Of a stretch of DNA of 64,000 nt, positions 29,783 through 39,323 are shown in pieces. The position numbers and the translations under genes are program-made. The notes under the pieces are model-generated. The model searched no databases. It saw only the letters and a program-made list of their open reading frames with translations, and was not told the DNA's origin. Every line of letters starts with the position of its first letter. Within the stretch, counting starts at the first letter, position 1. Origin of the DNA: Candidatus Chisholmbacteria bacterium RIFCSPHIGHO2_01_FULL_52_32 (lineage in GTDB: Bacteria; Patescibacteriota; Microgenomatia; UBA1400; Chisholmbacteraceae); contig MHCJ01000003.1 in NCBI GenBank assembly GCA_001816585.1, positions 348,228 to 412,227 of the forward strand, given 5' to 3'.

Positions 29783-30673
29783 CTAAACTCTTTCTGCTAT
29801 GCGTAGTTTTGCACTTCTCGCTCTTGGATTTGCGCCTTGCTCATCACTTCCCGGTACGATTGGCTTCTTTGTGAGCAGGAGAATTTTGTTCTCCTTGTGG
29901 ATTTTTTTAAACAGCTGTTTGACGATCCGGTCCTCCGTTTCATGAAAGCTTATGACTACAAGTCTGCCCTTCTTTTCCAGCAGTCCGATGGCTTGTGTTA
30001 ACCCTTCTTTCAGCGCCTTTATCTCATCGTTTACTTCAATTCGCAGCGCCAAGAAAACCTTGGTGGCCGGATGGAGGCGCGACCGTCTTTTGGCAACGCT
30101 TGCCACAACTTCAGCAAGTTGCCGGGTCGAATAAATCGGTTTTATCCGACGGGCGATGACAAGAGCCTGGCTAATTGGCCGAGCCAAGTCCTCTTGAGCA
30201 TTTCGAGTAAAAATTTCATAGAGCTCCTCCTGACTTAACGTCTTTACGAGATCTGCGGCTGTCCGAGGCAGGTCGGGGTCGAGGCGCATATCAAGCGGGC
30301 TGTCGTTTGTGAAACTTAGGCCTTTCCCGTTTCCTTCAAGCTGAACGGATGATACGCCGAGATCAAACAGAATCCCCGAGACCCTGTTAAACCCCTTGTC
30401 TTTGGCGATCCGGGCTATGTTTCTGAAATTTCCGACCGCGAAAGAAGGCTCGCCGGCTTGTCCCCCATCCCTCTCTTTTTCGCGTGTCTCTTCTATCCGC
30501 TTCCTGGCTCTTTCGACCGCCTTTGGATCGACATCGATGGCAAGCAGCCTGCCCCCCCTTTTCACAATTTCCAGTGCATGGCCTCCTTCGCCGACAGTCG
30601 CGTCAATGTACTTTCTTCCCTTTTGAATGTGCAACGCTTCGATCGCTTCTTTTATGAGCACCGGGAGATGCAT
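29783..30673 (-). CDS. rsmH: 16S rRNA m4C methyltransferase
   Basis: HLPVL, DATVGEGGH, DLGVSS.QL, PLDMR, HPATKVF, NPRARSAKLR. Confidence 0.98.
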   Translation of the reverse strand: MHLPVLIKEAIEALHIQKGRKYIDATVGEGGHALEIVKRGGRLLAIDVDPKAVERARKRIEETREKERDGGQAGEPSFAVGNFRNIARIAKDKGFNRVSGILFDLGVSSVQLEGNGKGLSFTNDSPLDMRLDPDLPRTAADLVKTLSQEELYEIFTRNAQEDLARPISQALVIARRIKPIYSTRQLAEVVASVAKRRSRLHPATKVFLALRIEVNDEIKALKEGLTQAIGLLEKKGRLVVISFHETEDRIVKQLFKKIHKENKILLLTKKPIVPGSDEQGANPRARSAKLRIAERV

Positions 30674-30822
30674 CAGTTGCCTTGTGCTTGAACATTTGGC
30701 TCCCCCATTTGTCCCTGGGAGATCGGTGTTTGAATTTGAACAGTTCGTTTTACTTCATCATCCAGTCGTTTGAGATTCTCCTCAAGCTTTTTCCGCATTT
30801 CTTCGCCGTTTATGATCGGCAT
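30673..30822 (-). CDS. Small hypothetical protein, 49 aa (below ORF-track cutoff)
   Basis: MPIINGEEMRKKLEENLKRLDDEVKRTVQIQTPISQGQMGEPNVQAQGN; GAGGAAGG SD; TGATG overlap with the rsmH start. Confidence 0.65.
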   Translation of the reverse strand: MPIINGEEMRKKLEENLKRLDDEVKRTVQIQTPISQGQMGEPNVQAQGN

Positions 30823-30846
30823 AGGATATCCTTCCTCTGTCCGAAG

Positions 30847-31278
30847 CTAAATACCTAATTCTGAGAGTCTTTCGGCAATCTCACCGCCTTTTTTCTCTGC
30901 TTCGCTGATGTATTGGTTATAGGTTTCCCTATCCCAAATCTCAACTCTGGTGAGCGTCCCTGCGACAACCACATGCTTTGCCAGGCGCGCAAAATCTTTC
31001 AGGTATTGCGGGATTCTGGTTCTCCCCTGAGCGTCGAAGCCAAGCTCGCACGCCTGATGGGTCATCAAGCGCACGAATGCCCTGGCTTCTCGACGAGTCA
31101 CCGGACTTTGACGGAGCTTTTGAGCAAGCTTTTCCCATTCATCTTTTGGGAAAACAAACAGGCAGCCGTCGAGACCCCGAGTGATCACGCTTCCTTTTTT
31201 CAAATTGCGACGAAACTTGGCCGGAAACGCCAATCTGCCCTTTGCCTCAAGTGTGTGATAATACAGCCCGATGAACAT
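30847..31278 (-). CDS. mraZ: Transcriptional repressor MraZ
   Basis: MFIG.Y.HTL..KGRL..PAKFR, TRGLDGCL, DAQGR, RVEIW. Confidence 0.97.
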   Translation of the reverse strand: MFIGLYYHTLEAKGRLAFPAKFRRNLKKGSVITRGLDGCLFVFPKDEWEKLAQKLRQSPVTRREARAFVRLMTHQACELGFDAQGRTRIPQYLKDFARLAKHVVVAGTLTRVEIWDRETYNQYISEAEKKGGEIAERLSELGI

Positions 31279-31330
31279 TTGGCTGGTCTTCCCGGGCAGC
31301 AGGAAGGCCGCTGATCTTTATTTATAGGTT

Positions 31331-31360
31331 AATTCACCACTTTTCACCACTTATTACCAT
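31331..31360 (-). promoter_or_regulatory. MraZ-binding direct repeats
   Basis: ATGGTAATAA GTGGTGAAAA GTGGTGAATT with 10-nt period; TTGACA at 31383-31388 upstream. Confidence 0.75.
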
Positions 31361-31490
31361 TGAAGAGCATTTTGATCCCCTTTGTCAAGGGCTAATTTAG
31401 CTCTTTTTGTCTGCCTGGATACTCCGCAGGCGAGCGTTCGCTTCGATGAAATCTTGTGAAGTGGTCTTTTTCTTTCTGAAATTTCTTTAC

Positions 31491-31616
31491 CACAGTACCA
31501 GAAAGCCCCGCCATCTTATGGCGGGGATGAATTGGAGTCTCCTTGGGGCTTTCGGTACGTGGTTTCAGTCTCTCAATTGAATGAAGCCCCGGCCTCTTAG
31601 GCCGGGGAGACTTCAC
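31491..31616 (+). mobile_element. Non-autonomous IS200/IS605-family mini-element (126 bp)
   Basis: TTAC target 31487-31490; AAAG guide plus left hairpin CCCCGCCAT/ATGGCGGGG; GAAG guide plus right hairpin CCCCGGCC/GGCCGGGG; ends TCAC; no tnpA or tnpB. Confidence 0.85.
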
Positions 31617-32425
31617 GGGGTACTGGGGAGGGAGATTGCAACAACGGTGGAGGCAGTATTCACCTGAGCCGTGAGGGTTTTTCCTTCCTGTCCGGTTTTG
31701 AGAGGGGCCCATCTGCCCTCTGTCCAAGCGAACAACGTCGCTTTCTGATCGCCTGAGATCCTCAGGCTCATTGTATACTGCTTGCCTTTCGAAAGGGAAA
31801 CCCCGGAGGGAAGAAAGACCGCGTAGGGTCCGCCGACCACTTCGCCGTCGATTGGGCCGGGAAGGCCCATGGTCTGGGCCACGATCACGAAGGTTTGGGC
31901 GGACAGATCCTTGTCTCCGGTATCAAAGTTGAATTTTGCATCTCTGGAGTTGAAGTGGCCTTTTTGTTTTCCTGCGATTTGAAAGTTCCACTCGCCTTTG
32001 AGTGCCGTCGTCTTCCCATTTTTATAGCGGAGGAGCAACGTTCCGCCATTCACATTCTCGTGGTAGCTGCATTTTCCGCCAGCGCTGCAACTTCCCAGGA
32101 GAATCTGGCGCACCACCGGTGCCTGTTCTTTTGAAAAATCGATTTTGCCGAAGGCTCCCTGAAGCAGGGTTCCGGCTTGGTACTCCAGTTCGTATTCCAC
32201 CTGGCTCGCGCCTTGTAATGTGGTAACGGAGATGCTGACTTCCCGTCCGTCTGCCCTCGGGATGATGGTTGCGTACGGCCTTTCCTTTACGGGAATCTCG
32301 TTCACCGGCTCCGGCGCGCCGCCTTTACCTTGTGAAGATTCCGGTTTGCCTTTGCCAAAGAGCGTACATCCTGAAAGGACAAGGGCAAAAATGGTGAGGG
32401 GGACAAGCGTTTTTCGCTTAAGCAT
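31613..32425 (-). CDS. Hypothetical lipoprotein
   Basis: Basic N-terminus, hydrophobic core, LSGC lipobox; beta-rich body with CSAGGKC. Confidence 0.8.
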   Translation of the reverse strand: MLKRKTLVPLTIFALVLSGCTLFGKGKPESSQGKGGAPEPVNEIPVKERPYATIIPRADGREVSISVTTLQGASQVEYELEYQAGTLLQGAFGKIDFSKEQAPVVRQILLGSCSAGGKCSYHENVNGGTLLLRYKNGKTTALKGEWNFQIAGKQKGHFNSRDAKFNFDTGDKDLSAQTFVIVAQTMGLPGPIDGEVVGGPYAVFLPSGVSLSKGKQYTMSLRISGDQKATLFAWTEGRWAPLKTGQEGKTLTAQVNTASTVVAISLPSTP

Positions 32426-33779
32426 TCAGCCTCTCCAAAAACAGCGGCAGCAGGCTATCGATCGGTTGCCTCTCCTGTTTGGTCGTATCGCGGTCCCGAA
32501 CGGTGACCGTGTTATCTTTCAATGTATCAAAGTCCACGGTCACACACCATGGGGTTCCGATCTCATCTTGGGCAAAATAGCGCTTTCCGATGTTTCCTCT
32601 GTCATCCCAGGCGCAATAAAACCGCGAGCAAAGGGTCGCATAAATTTCTCTGGCTTTGCTGACGAGCTCCGGTTTGTTAGAAAGAAGCGGGAAGACCGCC
32701 GCCTTATACGGGGCAAGCCTGGGGTGAAGCTTTAAGACAGTCCGCTTGCCATCCTCTATGTAGGCATCGATCAGAAAAAACAGGGCAGTTCTATCCACTC
32801 CGCCTGAAGTTTCAATGACCCAAGGGAAATACTCCGAGCCGTCCTCGTCCTTGTATGAAAGCCCATGACTTTTGAGGTCGTAGTCTGTTCGATTGTGAAT
32901 CCCTTCAAACTCGCTCCAGCCGAACGGAGCCTTGTACTCGATATCTTCCGCGTTGACCGCATAATGTGCCCTTTCCTTGTCTTCATGCTGTCTGAAGCGG
33001 AGATTAACTTTTTGCATTCCCAGGGACATATACCAATCGAGCCTGGTCTTTTTCCACATTTCGAAGAGTCTGTCAGCCTGTTTTGCATCGGGCTTGACAA
33101 AGTACTCAAGCTCCATTTGTTCGAACTCCCGAGAACGGAAGGTGAAGTTACCGGCGGTAATTTCATTTCTGAACGCCTTACCGATCTGGGCGATGCCGAA
33201 AGGGATTTTTACTCTGGTCGAATCAACCACGTTCTTGAAGTTTACAAACACTCCCTGGGTTATCTCTCCCCGAAGATAGGCTTTTTGTTTCGGCTCCGTT
33301 GTCCCTAAGTACACCTCTGTTAATAAATTGAATGTTTTTGGTTGGGTGACATCTTTCCAGGTATGTGTTCCTGCCACATCACAAACTAAAATCTCCGCCA
33401 AGTTCTTTGAGGAAGAACCGCCGGAAACGCGATGGCCGGTTAATTTTTTCTCGAGTTCATCAGAAGCTTCCTTAAACTGATCGGCACGATATCGTTTATG
33501 GCAATGTTTGCATTCAACTAAGGGGTCAGTGAAGGCTTTGAGATGTCCCGATTTCTCCCATACGATCGGATTCATGATGATTGCCGCATCGAGCCCCACC
33601 ACATCTTCCCTGGAATACACGATGCTCTTCCACCATTCTTTCTTGATATTGTTCTTGAGCTCCACACCCAAGGGGCCGTAGTCCCAAAAACCCGCAAAAC
33701 CCCCATAGATTTCACTCCCTTGGAAAATAAAACCCCGCCTTTTCGCAAGTGCAGTCAGCCCGTCCATGAGATTTTGCAT
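32418..33779 (-). CDS. glyQS: Glycyl-tRNA synthetase, homodimeric type
   Basis: KRRGFIF, YGG..G.WDYGPLG, AQIGKAFRNEI, FRSREFEQMELEYF, IGKRY..QDEIGTP. Confidence 0.96.
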   Translation of the reverse strand: MQNLMDGLTALAKRRGFIFQGSEIYGGFAGFWDYGPLGVELKNNIKKEWWKSIVYSREDVVGLDAAIIMNPIVWEKSGHLKAFTDPLVECKHCHKRYRADQFKEASDELEKKLTGHRVSGGSSSKNLAEILVCDVAGTHTWKDVTQPKTFNLLTEVYLGTTEPKQKAYLRGEITQGVFVNFKNVVDSTRVKIPFGIAQIGKAFRNEITAGNFTFRSREFEQMELEYFVKPDAKQADRLFEMWKKTRLDWYMSLGMQKVNLRFRQHEDKERAHYAVNAEDIEYKAPFGWSEFEGIHNRTDYDLKSHGLSYKDEDGSEYFPWVIETSGGVDRTALFFLIDAYIEDGKRTVLKLHPRLAPYKAAVFPLLSNKPELVSKAREIYATLCSRFYCAWDDRGNIGKRYFAQDEIGTPWCVTVDFDTLKDNTVTVRDRDTTKQERQPIDSLLPLFLERLNA

Positions 33780-33851
33780 ATGCATATGGTAGCAAATACG
33801 GGGTCGAGTTTACAGCGAACAGCTTGACGATGTCGCGATCTAAAAAATTTG

Positions 33852-34397
33852 CTAGACCTCTTTGAATACTTCGGCGGTTCTGAGCTTCCGCTCGATAATT
33901 GATTCGATGTGGTCCTTCAAGGATTCCCGCGATGGACTATTTGGTAGTCCGAATCCAAGTTCACTTAAGAGTTTTCGTTCAAACTGGGTCACCTGTCCCC
34001 GAGTCAACTGCTGTTCGCGGTCAATTGTCCCTAACACCTCGAGGAGATCGGAAAAAACGGTTTCATTTTCCTGGTTTTCGGCGGTAAGAAGATCGACCAA
34101 CTCTGCACAGTGGAAGGCTGCTTTTACGGCTTTCAGGCGTTTTCGGATGTTGGGAAAATTCTCAACCATCTCGGTTTGGGTGAGGACATCGAGCTGTCTG
34201 CCTTTGGCAAGATAAAGAACAGTGCGATGAAACAGTTCAATCGAGGCTGATTTTCTTGAGGTAGGTTTGCGTACTCCCTTTGCAAGGCAGCGGATTTTCC
34301 CGTGATGGCGGGTAAATACCGTCAACAGCCTATCCGCCTCACCGATATTTTGGCGCTTGAGGATTATCCCTTCGGTCCGGTAGTGCCTGGGATGCAT
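33852..34397 (-). CDS. recO: DNA repair protein RecO
   Basis: TEGIILK...GEADRLL.VFT..HGKI..LAKGVRK..SR; FE.KLL..LGF. Confidence 0.93.
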   Translation of the reverse strand: MHPRHYRTEGIILKRQNIGEADRLLTVFTRHHGKIRCLAKGVRKPTSRKSASIELFHRTVLYLAKGRQLDVLTQTEMVENFPNIRKRLKAVKAAFHCAELVDLLTAENQENETVFSDLLEVLGTIDREQQLTRGQVTQFERKLLSELGFGLPNSPSRESLKDHIESIIERKLRTAEVFKEV

Positions 34398-34433
34398 AGC
34401 ATTCCTTTGTTTACTGTTGGGAACTCCGATTGG

Positions 34434-36437
34434 TTAGGGTGATATGGTTACTTCCCTATCGGAAGCGAGATCGAATTCTTCCCTCCCCTGGGGGGTGGCG
34501 ATTGTATACTTTGCCTTCTTAGATCCTGGCTGTTTTTGTATCAAAAGGCGGTAGTCTTTTCCTTCGTAGGGCACTTCGTAGCGAAAAACCAGCTTTGCCT
34601 GGCCCTGAGGTCGTAAGGTAAAAAACCCTTCAAAGACCGTCTTCCCCAAGTCCTCCTTTGTTTCAACCGGGACTTCTGAGCCAAGCGCCTCCAAAAGCTT
34701 ACTTCCTTTGGGTACGTATAGACGCACGTAGTCCCTAAGGACGCCGTTTAAGCAGAGCTGTCCTGCTTCCAGGTTGCAGTTTGAGGGCGGGAACGGATTT
34801 TGATATTTGACGGTGACCGTTTTTATGATTTTCCCGTCTAAGACTTCGATTGCCTGCTCTGTTTCTTGGGTGGTGAACATGTTGGACTTCGCCCCGGCAA
34901 AATTGGTGTCGTTGAGGTGAAAATAGTCCCCGTCGAACTCGCGAATGCGTCCCGCAACATTAATGAGCTCCGCTGCCTGTTGTTCCTCCGGATCGTAGAA
35001 GTAGAACAGGACATGTTTTTCCGTGATGTCACGAATGATCACCTCAAACAGCTTCGGCCAAATTTGCTTCGGCGCACCGTATGACTTCAGAAGTATGGTC
35101 TGAAGCATCGGCGCCAGCACTCCTTTGCGGTTTTCCCGTTGGGTGGCCAGAGGCTTGTCTGCCAGTAACTCGAGTGCGTAGACAACCTGAGGGCAGTCAC
35201 ACCGCGGGTCATTTTCCGAAGAATATGTCCCGTATCCCGGCACCTCAATCGGTCCTAATACTTCAACGATGTCTTTTAGGACCTTCGTGTCGACTGCCAC
35301 AATGCCGTTGATTTTGGGCTCACCTCTGATCGTGTTGTAGTGGCTTGAAAACAGATCCATCGCCACCTTAAAGTCCGGTGAAAGATTCATGTCCCGAAGG
35401 TTGAATCGGTAAACGAGCGGAAGGTATTTTTGAATCGGCTCCGGCACGGGGAGGCGCGTTGTAAACTTGTCATCCAAGGCATAGATGTCTTCGCTTTTTT
35501 CCTGGAAGACCTTGCCTTTCTCGATCCTTAAGATCGCGTAGGCGGTCATGAATCCTCCGGTTGATCGAAGCTCCGCGTCGTTTTGAAACAGCACCATGTA
35601 CTTGCGTTCCTTTTCTACGCCCATGACTTTGGGGAGCCTCTCCATGGCGGGTTTTGCCTTGGTGACTGCGAACAAGGCATCGTTTGAGACGGTTTGGGCA
35701 AGGCGGATGGTTTCCCCGATGTTTCTCCCTTTCATTTCAAAGGGATATCGGTCGGGATCGATCTTCCCCAATTCTTCACTGACCAGCGTAAGCTTTTGGG
35801 CCACTTCGTCGAGCTTTGGCGTCACCTTATCCAAGGTTTCAACGACTCTCACGATGCGATCTTCTGCCGTCCCTCCCAAAAAACTTCCTTGACCTTTGAA
35901 GCCTAATACGTCCGCGTAGGGTTCGACGGCATCGATGAGGATGTCGGTTGCCTCGACTCCGCTCTTCGAAGCCTTCAGTGCATGATTGCCATCGTGCCAG
36001 TAGCTGCCGACCAATGGGATGAAGCCAGTCCAGCGAAGAGCAGAATACTTCTTCTCCGTTTCAGCGAGTTTCGTTTTCACCTCATCAAGCTTTTGGTTGG
36101 CACTTATCAAGTCCTGCGACTTTGCCGCATCGTATACCGCCTTTGCCGCTCCGGCTGTTTCCCCGGCGCTTGAGATAACTCCCTTGGCTTGAACGGCGAT
36201 AATTGCAGATGCGATCGCAAGAAGAACGAGGAAGACCAGAAGTCCTCCCGCAATGTACTTCAGACGTGGGAATGTTCTTTTGGGTACTGCTTCTCCCATT
36301 GAATCTTGTACTGCAAGGTTCGGACTTTCGTCAGCTTTCGCGTTTTTCTGACGACGTATTATCTTTCGCAAAAATCCCAGCATTTCGGTCTCCGATCCTT
36401 CCATTGTACCAACTTTTTTCCGTCGTTTCCCTACCAC
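34434..36437 (-). CDS. DUF4012-like membrane-anchored protein
   Basis: TM plus helical stalk; YMVLFQNDAELRSTGGF, RDMNLSPDF, NFAGAKSN, YVRLYVPKGS, IQKQPG; exact start uncertain. Confidence 0.8.
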   Translation of the reverse strand: MVGKRRKKVGTMEGSETEMLGFLRKIIRRQKNAKADESPNLAVQDSMGEAVPKRTFPRLKYIAGGLLVFLVLLAIASAIIAVQAKGVISSAGETAGAAKAVYDAAKSQDLISANQKLDEVKTKLAETEKKYSALRWTGFIPLVGSYWHDGNHALKASKSGVEATDILIDAVEPYADVLGFKGQGSFLGGTAEDRIVRVVETLDKVTPKLDEVAQKLTLVSEELGKIDPDRYPFEMKGRNIGETIRLAQTVSNDALFAVTKAKPAMERLPKVMGVEKERKYMVLFQNDAELRSTGGFMTAYAILRIEKGKVFQEKSEDIYALDDKFTTRLPVPEPIQKYLPLVYRFNLRDMNLSPDFKVAMDLFSSHYNTIRGEPKINGIVAVDTKVLKDIVEVLGPIEVPGYGTYSSENDPRCDCPQVVYALELLADKPLATQRENRKGVLAPMLQTILLKSYGAPKQIWPKLFEVIIRDITEKHVLFYFYDPEEQQAAELINVAGRIREFDGDYFHLNDTNFAGAKSNMFTTQETEQAIEVLDGKIIKTVTVKYQNPFPPSNCNLEAGQLCLNGVLRDYVRLYVPKGSKLLEALGSEVPVETKEDLGKTVFEGFFTLRPQGQAKLVFRYEVPYEGKDYRLLIQKQPGSKKAKYTIATPQGREEFDLASDREVTISP

Positions 36438-37063
36438 TTACTGAACATCGCGCCCGGAGTCTTTACCAAGATGCGGATATCTTCGAGCATGGACTTTTTT
36501 CTCGCATACTCTGCATCCATTTTTGCCCGGACGTTGAAGGGGACGATGTTCCGCCCTGAAGTCTGCCAAGGGCCCGTGATGCCCGGCTTAATTGAGAGGA
36601 TATTCTTAATCCATTGGCGTGTTTCCGGATATTTGGCTTGTTGTTCTTCAAGCTCCTTTTTCAGATAGGCTCGCGGACCAACCATGCTCATTTCTCCTTT
36701 CAGGACGTTTAACAGTTGAGGGAATTCATCGATCGTTATCGATCGCATGATCCTGCCCAAGGTTGTGATCCGTGGATCGCTCTCGAGTTTCCAATCGCCG
36801 TCCTTGAATTTCTTTAACAGCCGTTTATCTTTTTTGAATAATATTTCATCCGCGTCAGGGACCATGCTTCTAAACTTATACATCCAAAATTCCTTCCCGT
36901 TTTTCCCGACCCTCCGGTGTCGGTAAAAAATCGGTCCCGGAGAATCGAAGGTGATCAAAAGCGGGATGACAATCCAGACGGGCAAGAACAGTGCAGTCAG
37001 AATGAGGGCGAGACATACGTCGAGCAACCGTTTGAATACATCAAAGGACCAGTCTTCATGCAT
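36431..37063 (-). CDS. Priming sugar (phosphoglycosyl) transferase
   Basis: KRLLD, YKFRSM, DPRIT, IDEFPQLLNVLKGEMSMVGPR, KPGITGPWQ. Confidence 0.93.
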   Translation of the reverse strand: MHEDWSFDVFKRLLDVCLALILTALFLPVWIVIPLLITFDSPGPIFYRHRRVGKNGKEFWMYKFRSMVPDADEILFKKDKRLLKKFKDGDWKLESDPRITTLGRIMRSITIDEFPQLLNVLKGEMSMVGPRAYLKKELEEQQAKYPETRQWIKNILSIKPGITGPWQTSGRNIVPFNVRAKMDAEYARKKSMLEDIRILVKTPGAMFSKW

Positions 37064-37066
37064 AGG

Positions 37067-38149
37067 TTAGAGGAGGTTTTCTCTGCCTTTCTTTTTCATG
37101 ATCTCCAGCAACTTTTTGACATCGGCTGACCGTTCCTTCGAACTCACCAAAAGCGCATCTTTTGTATCTACCACAACAAGGTTCTCAACCCCGATGGTCG
37201 CCACAAGCTTCTTCTTCGGAGCGTAGATCAAGGAACCTTTGGTGTCCATCGCTTCAAGGTCCGCTTGGATGACATTATCCACGGCATTTTCCGCAAGGCC
37301 GGTAGTTAATAATTCCCAAGTTCCCACATCGGTCCATCCCATATCCGTGGGTATGACGAGCATGTCCTTGGGATCAAGCTTCTCGAAGATCCCGTAGTCC
37401 ACGGAATCTTTTTTAATCTTGGCGTACTGGGCCTTGATGACTTTTTCCCTTTCTTTCGTATCGAGCGAGTTTTTGATCAGAACCAGGGAAGCGTGGGTAG
37501 CCGGGGATATCTTTTTGTAAAAATCGAGCATCACGTCCGTTCTCCACACCATGTACCCAACGTTGATGAGGAATTTGAATGATCGAAAGAGACGCTTGGC
37601 CGTTTGTAAATCAGGCTTTTCAATAAAGCGGACAAACTCAAAAACCTCCATTCCATCAACCGTCATCATCCTTTTCCCGATCTCAACCCAGCCGTTATAA
37701 ATGCTGGGGAATGCGGGTCGGGAGTCAATTTTTGTGATCACTTTTTTCTCTGAAGAGACTTTTCCGGCGGCCCGCAGGGCTTTGAGAAATGCCTCTTCGT
37801 CCTCAACCAAATGATCCGCGCCCCAGACGGCTGCCATCAGCGTATTCGGATAATAGTGATCAACGTAGGCGGTTGCATATCCCACCGCTGCAAAGCTATC
37901 CCGCCTTTCCGGTTCGGCGATGATGTTTTCTGCGGGAATCTGGGGAGCCTGTTTCTTGACGAAGTGCTCGTACTCGGCTCCTGTCGAAACGAAGATATCC
38001 CGGGGAGAGAATCCCTTTCTTACCCTGTTGTAGGCGTGCTTAAAAAATGATGTCTTTCCGAGAAGCGGTTGGAATTGTTTCGGATAGTCTTTCCGGCTCA
38101 TCGGCCACATCCGAGTCCCTACCCCTCCCGCAAAGATGACCACTTTCAT
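37067..38149 (-). CDS. manC: Mannose-1-phosphate guanylyltransferase
   Basis: AGGVGTRMWPMSR..YPKQF, EPERRD, ADH, FIEKPD, SVDYGIFEK, WTDVGTW; ATGA-coupled start. Confidence 0.88.
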   Translation of the reverse strand: MKVVIFAGGVGTRMWPMSRKDYPKQFQPLLGKTSFFKHAYNRVRKGFSPRDIFVSTGAEYEHFVKKQAPQIPAENIIAEPERRDSFAAVGYATAYVDHYYPNTLMAAVWGADHLVEDEEAFLKALRAAGKVSSEKKVITKIDSRPAFPSIYNGWVEIGKRMMTVDGMEVFEFVRFIEKPDLQTAKRLFRSFKFLINVGYMVWRTDVMLDFYKKISPATHASLVLIKNSLDTKEREKVIKAQYAKIKKDSVDYGIFEKLDPKDMLVIPTDMGWTDVGTWELLTTGLAENAVDNVIQADLEAMDTKGSLIYAPKKKLVATIGVENLVVVDTKDALLVSSKERSADVKKLLEIMKKKGRENLL

Positions 38150-39255
38150 TTCAGAATGTCTTGATGTTTTTTCCATAGCTCTCCGATTTTGCCTCCGAAT
38201 TCGTTTATAAATCGTTTCTTGTCGAATCGCTTAGCATTCTGCTTGCATGCCGTCGGATCAAACGCCGATTCTCGAAATCCTTTCAGGGCGTTGACCAGCG
38301 ACTCCACCTTTTGTTGTGAAAAAAAGATGCCAGTTTTCCCTGCCCGGATGATCTCTGTCGCTCCACCTCCATTATAGGCTATGACCGGTTTTCCTGCAGC
38401 TTGGGCCTCAACGACGGAAAGGCCGAAATCCTCTTCCTGAGGGAAAATGAGGGCACGGCACTTTTGATAGTACAGAACAAGCTTCTCGTCTGTCAATTGA
38501 CCGACGAACGTCACCGTCGGTCCGGCAATTCTGTTGAGCTTCCCTGCCTGCAAACCTGTGCCGACAATAACCAGCGGCAAGCGGAGCGCGTTTGCGGCCT
38601 GAATCGCCAAATCGAGGCGTTTGTGCGGGACGAGCCGTGAAACCACCAGAAAATAATCCCTGACGGAAATGGTTCCCTCTTTTCGTTTACCAAATGCCTC
38701 CACTTCAACCGGTGGATAGATCACATCGGCCTCCCGGTTGTAATAGGTTTTTATCCTTGTTTGCACCGCCTTTGAAATTGCCACCAAGAAGTCCGGGCGC
38801 TGACTGGCAATCTTGTCCCAGTTTGTGAGGTACGAAAAGATCGGCTTCGTGAGCGGTCGCAATATCCTTGGAATTTCTTTCTGGTAGAGTTCTCTGTCAC
38901 TCCAGAGGTAGCGCGTTGGGGTTAATACGTAGCAGACATGAAGGGTTGACGGTTTGGTCAATATTCCCTTTGCATCGGCGCTTGTCACCGAGATGACAAT
39001 ATCAAAATCAGAAAAATCGAGACTCTCAAAGGCCATCGGGGTTAACCATGGATACAACTCGTGGGTACTGCGCGCCAGCGGCAAGCGGTTCAGAAAAGAT
39101 ACCCGAACGTCCCAGCCCTTCGTCCACCCCGCTTTCTGAGGATTGTAGACTGCGGTATATAAAGGAGCTTTCGGGTAGATCTCGTGCAGGGCTTTGAGCA
39201 CCCGTTCCGCTCCGCCGAGCTTGTTCGTCCGGTCATATACCAGTGCAAGGTTCAT
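38146..39255 (-). CDS. GT4 glycosyltransferase (WbaZ-like)
   Basis: GGAERVL, TPTRYLW, VIYPPV, VSRLVPHKR, EEDFGL..VEAQAAG. Confidence 0.9.
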   Translation of the reverse strand: MNLALVYDRTNKLGGAERVLKALHEIYPKAPLYTAVYNPQKAGWTKGWDVRVSFLNRLPLARSTHELYPWLTPMAFESLDFSDFDIVISVTSADAKGILTKPSTLHVCYVLTPTRYLWSDRELYQKEIPRILRPLTKPIFSYLTNWDKIASQRPDFLVAISKAVQTRIKTYYNREADVIYPPVEVEAFGKRKEGTISVRDYFLVVSRLVPHKRLDLAIQAANALRLPLVIVGTGLQAGKLNRIAGPTVTFVGQLTDEKLVLYYQKCRALIFPQEEDFGLSVVEAQAAGKPVIAYNGGGATEIIRAGKTGIFFSQQKVESLVNALKGFRESAFDPTACKQNAKRFDKKRFINEFGGKIGELWKKHQDILK

Positions 39256-39264
39256 AGGAGGGAG

Positions 39265-39321
39265 TATAGGGTATAGGGTATAGGGTATAGGGTATAGGGT
39301 ATAGGGTTTAGGGTTTAAGGG
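39265..39321 (+). repeat. (TATAGGG)6 TTTAGGG TTTAAGGG tandem repeat
   Basis: Read directly; fills the gap between two GT4 genes. Confidence 0.95.
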
Positions 39322-39323
39322 TC

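Noticed and set aside
31392..31727. 111-aa ORF upstream of mraZ as a transposase fragment
   Set aside because: It reads through the mini-element hairpins and shows no HUH or TnpB motifs.
33786..33851. T-box leaders for glyQS or ileS
   Set aside because: The intergenic gaps (about 70 and 18 nt) are too short and lack the T-box sequence.
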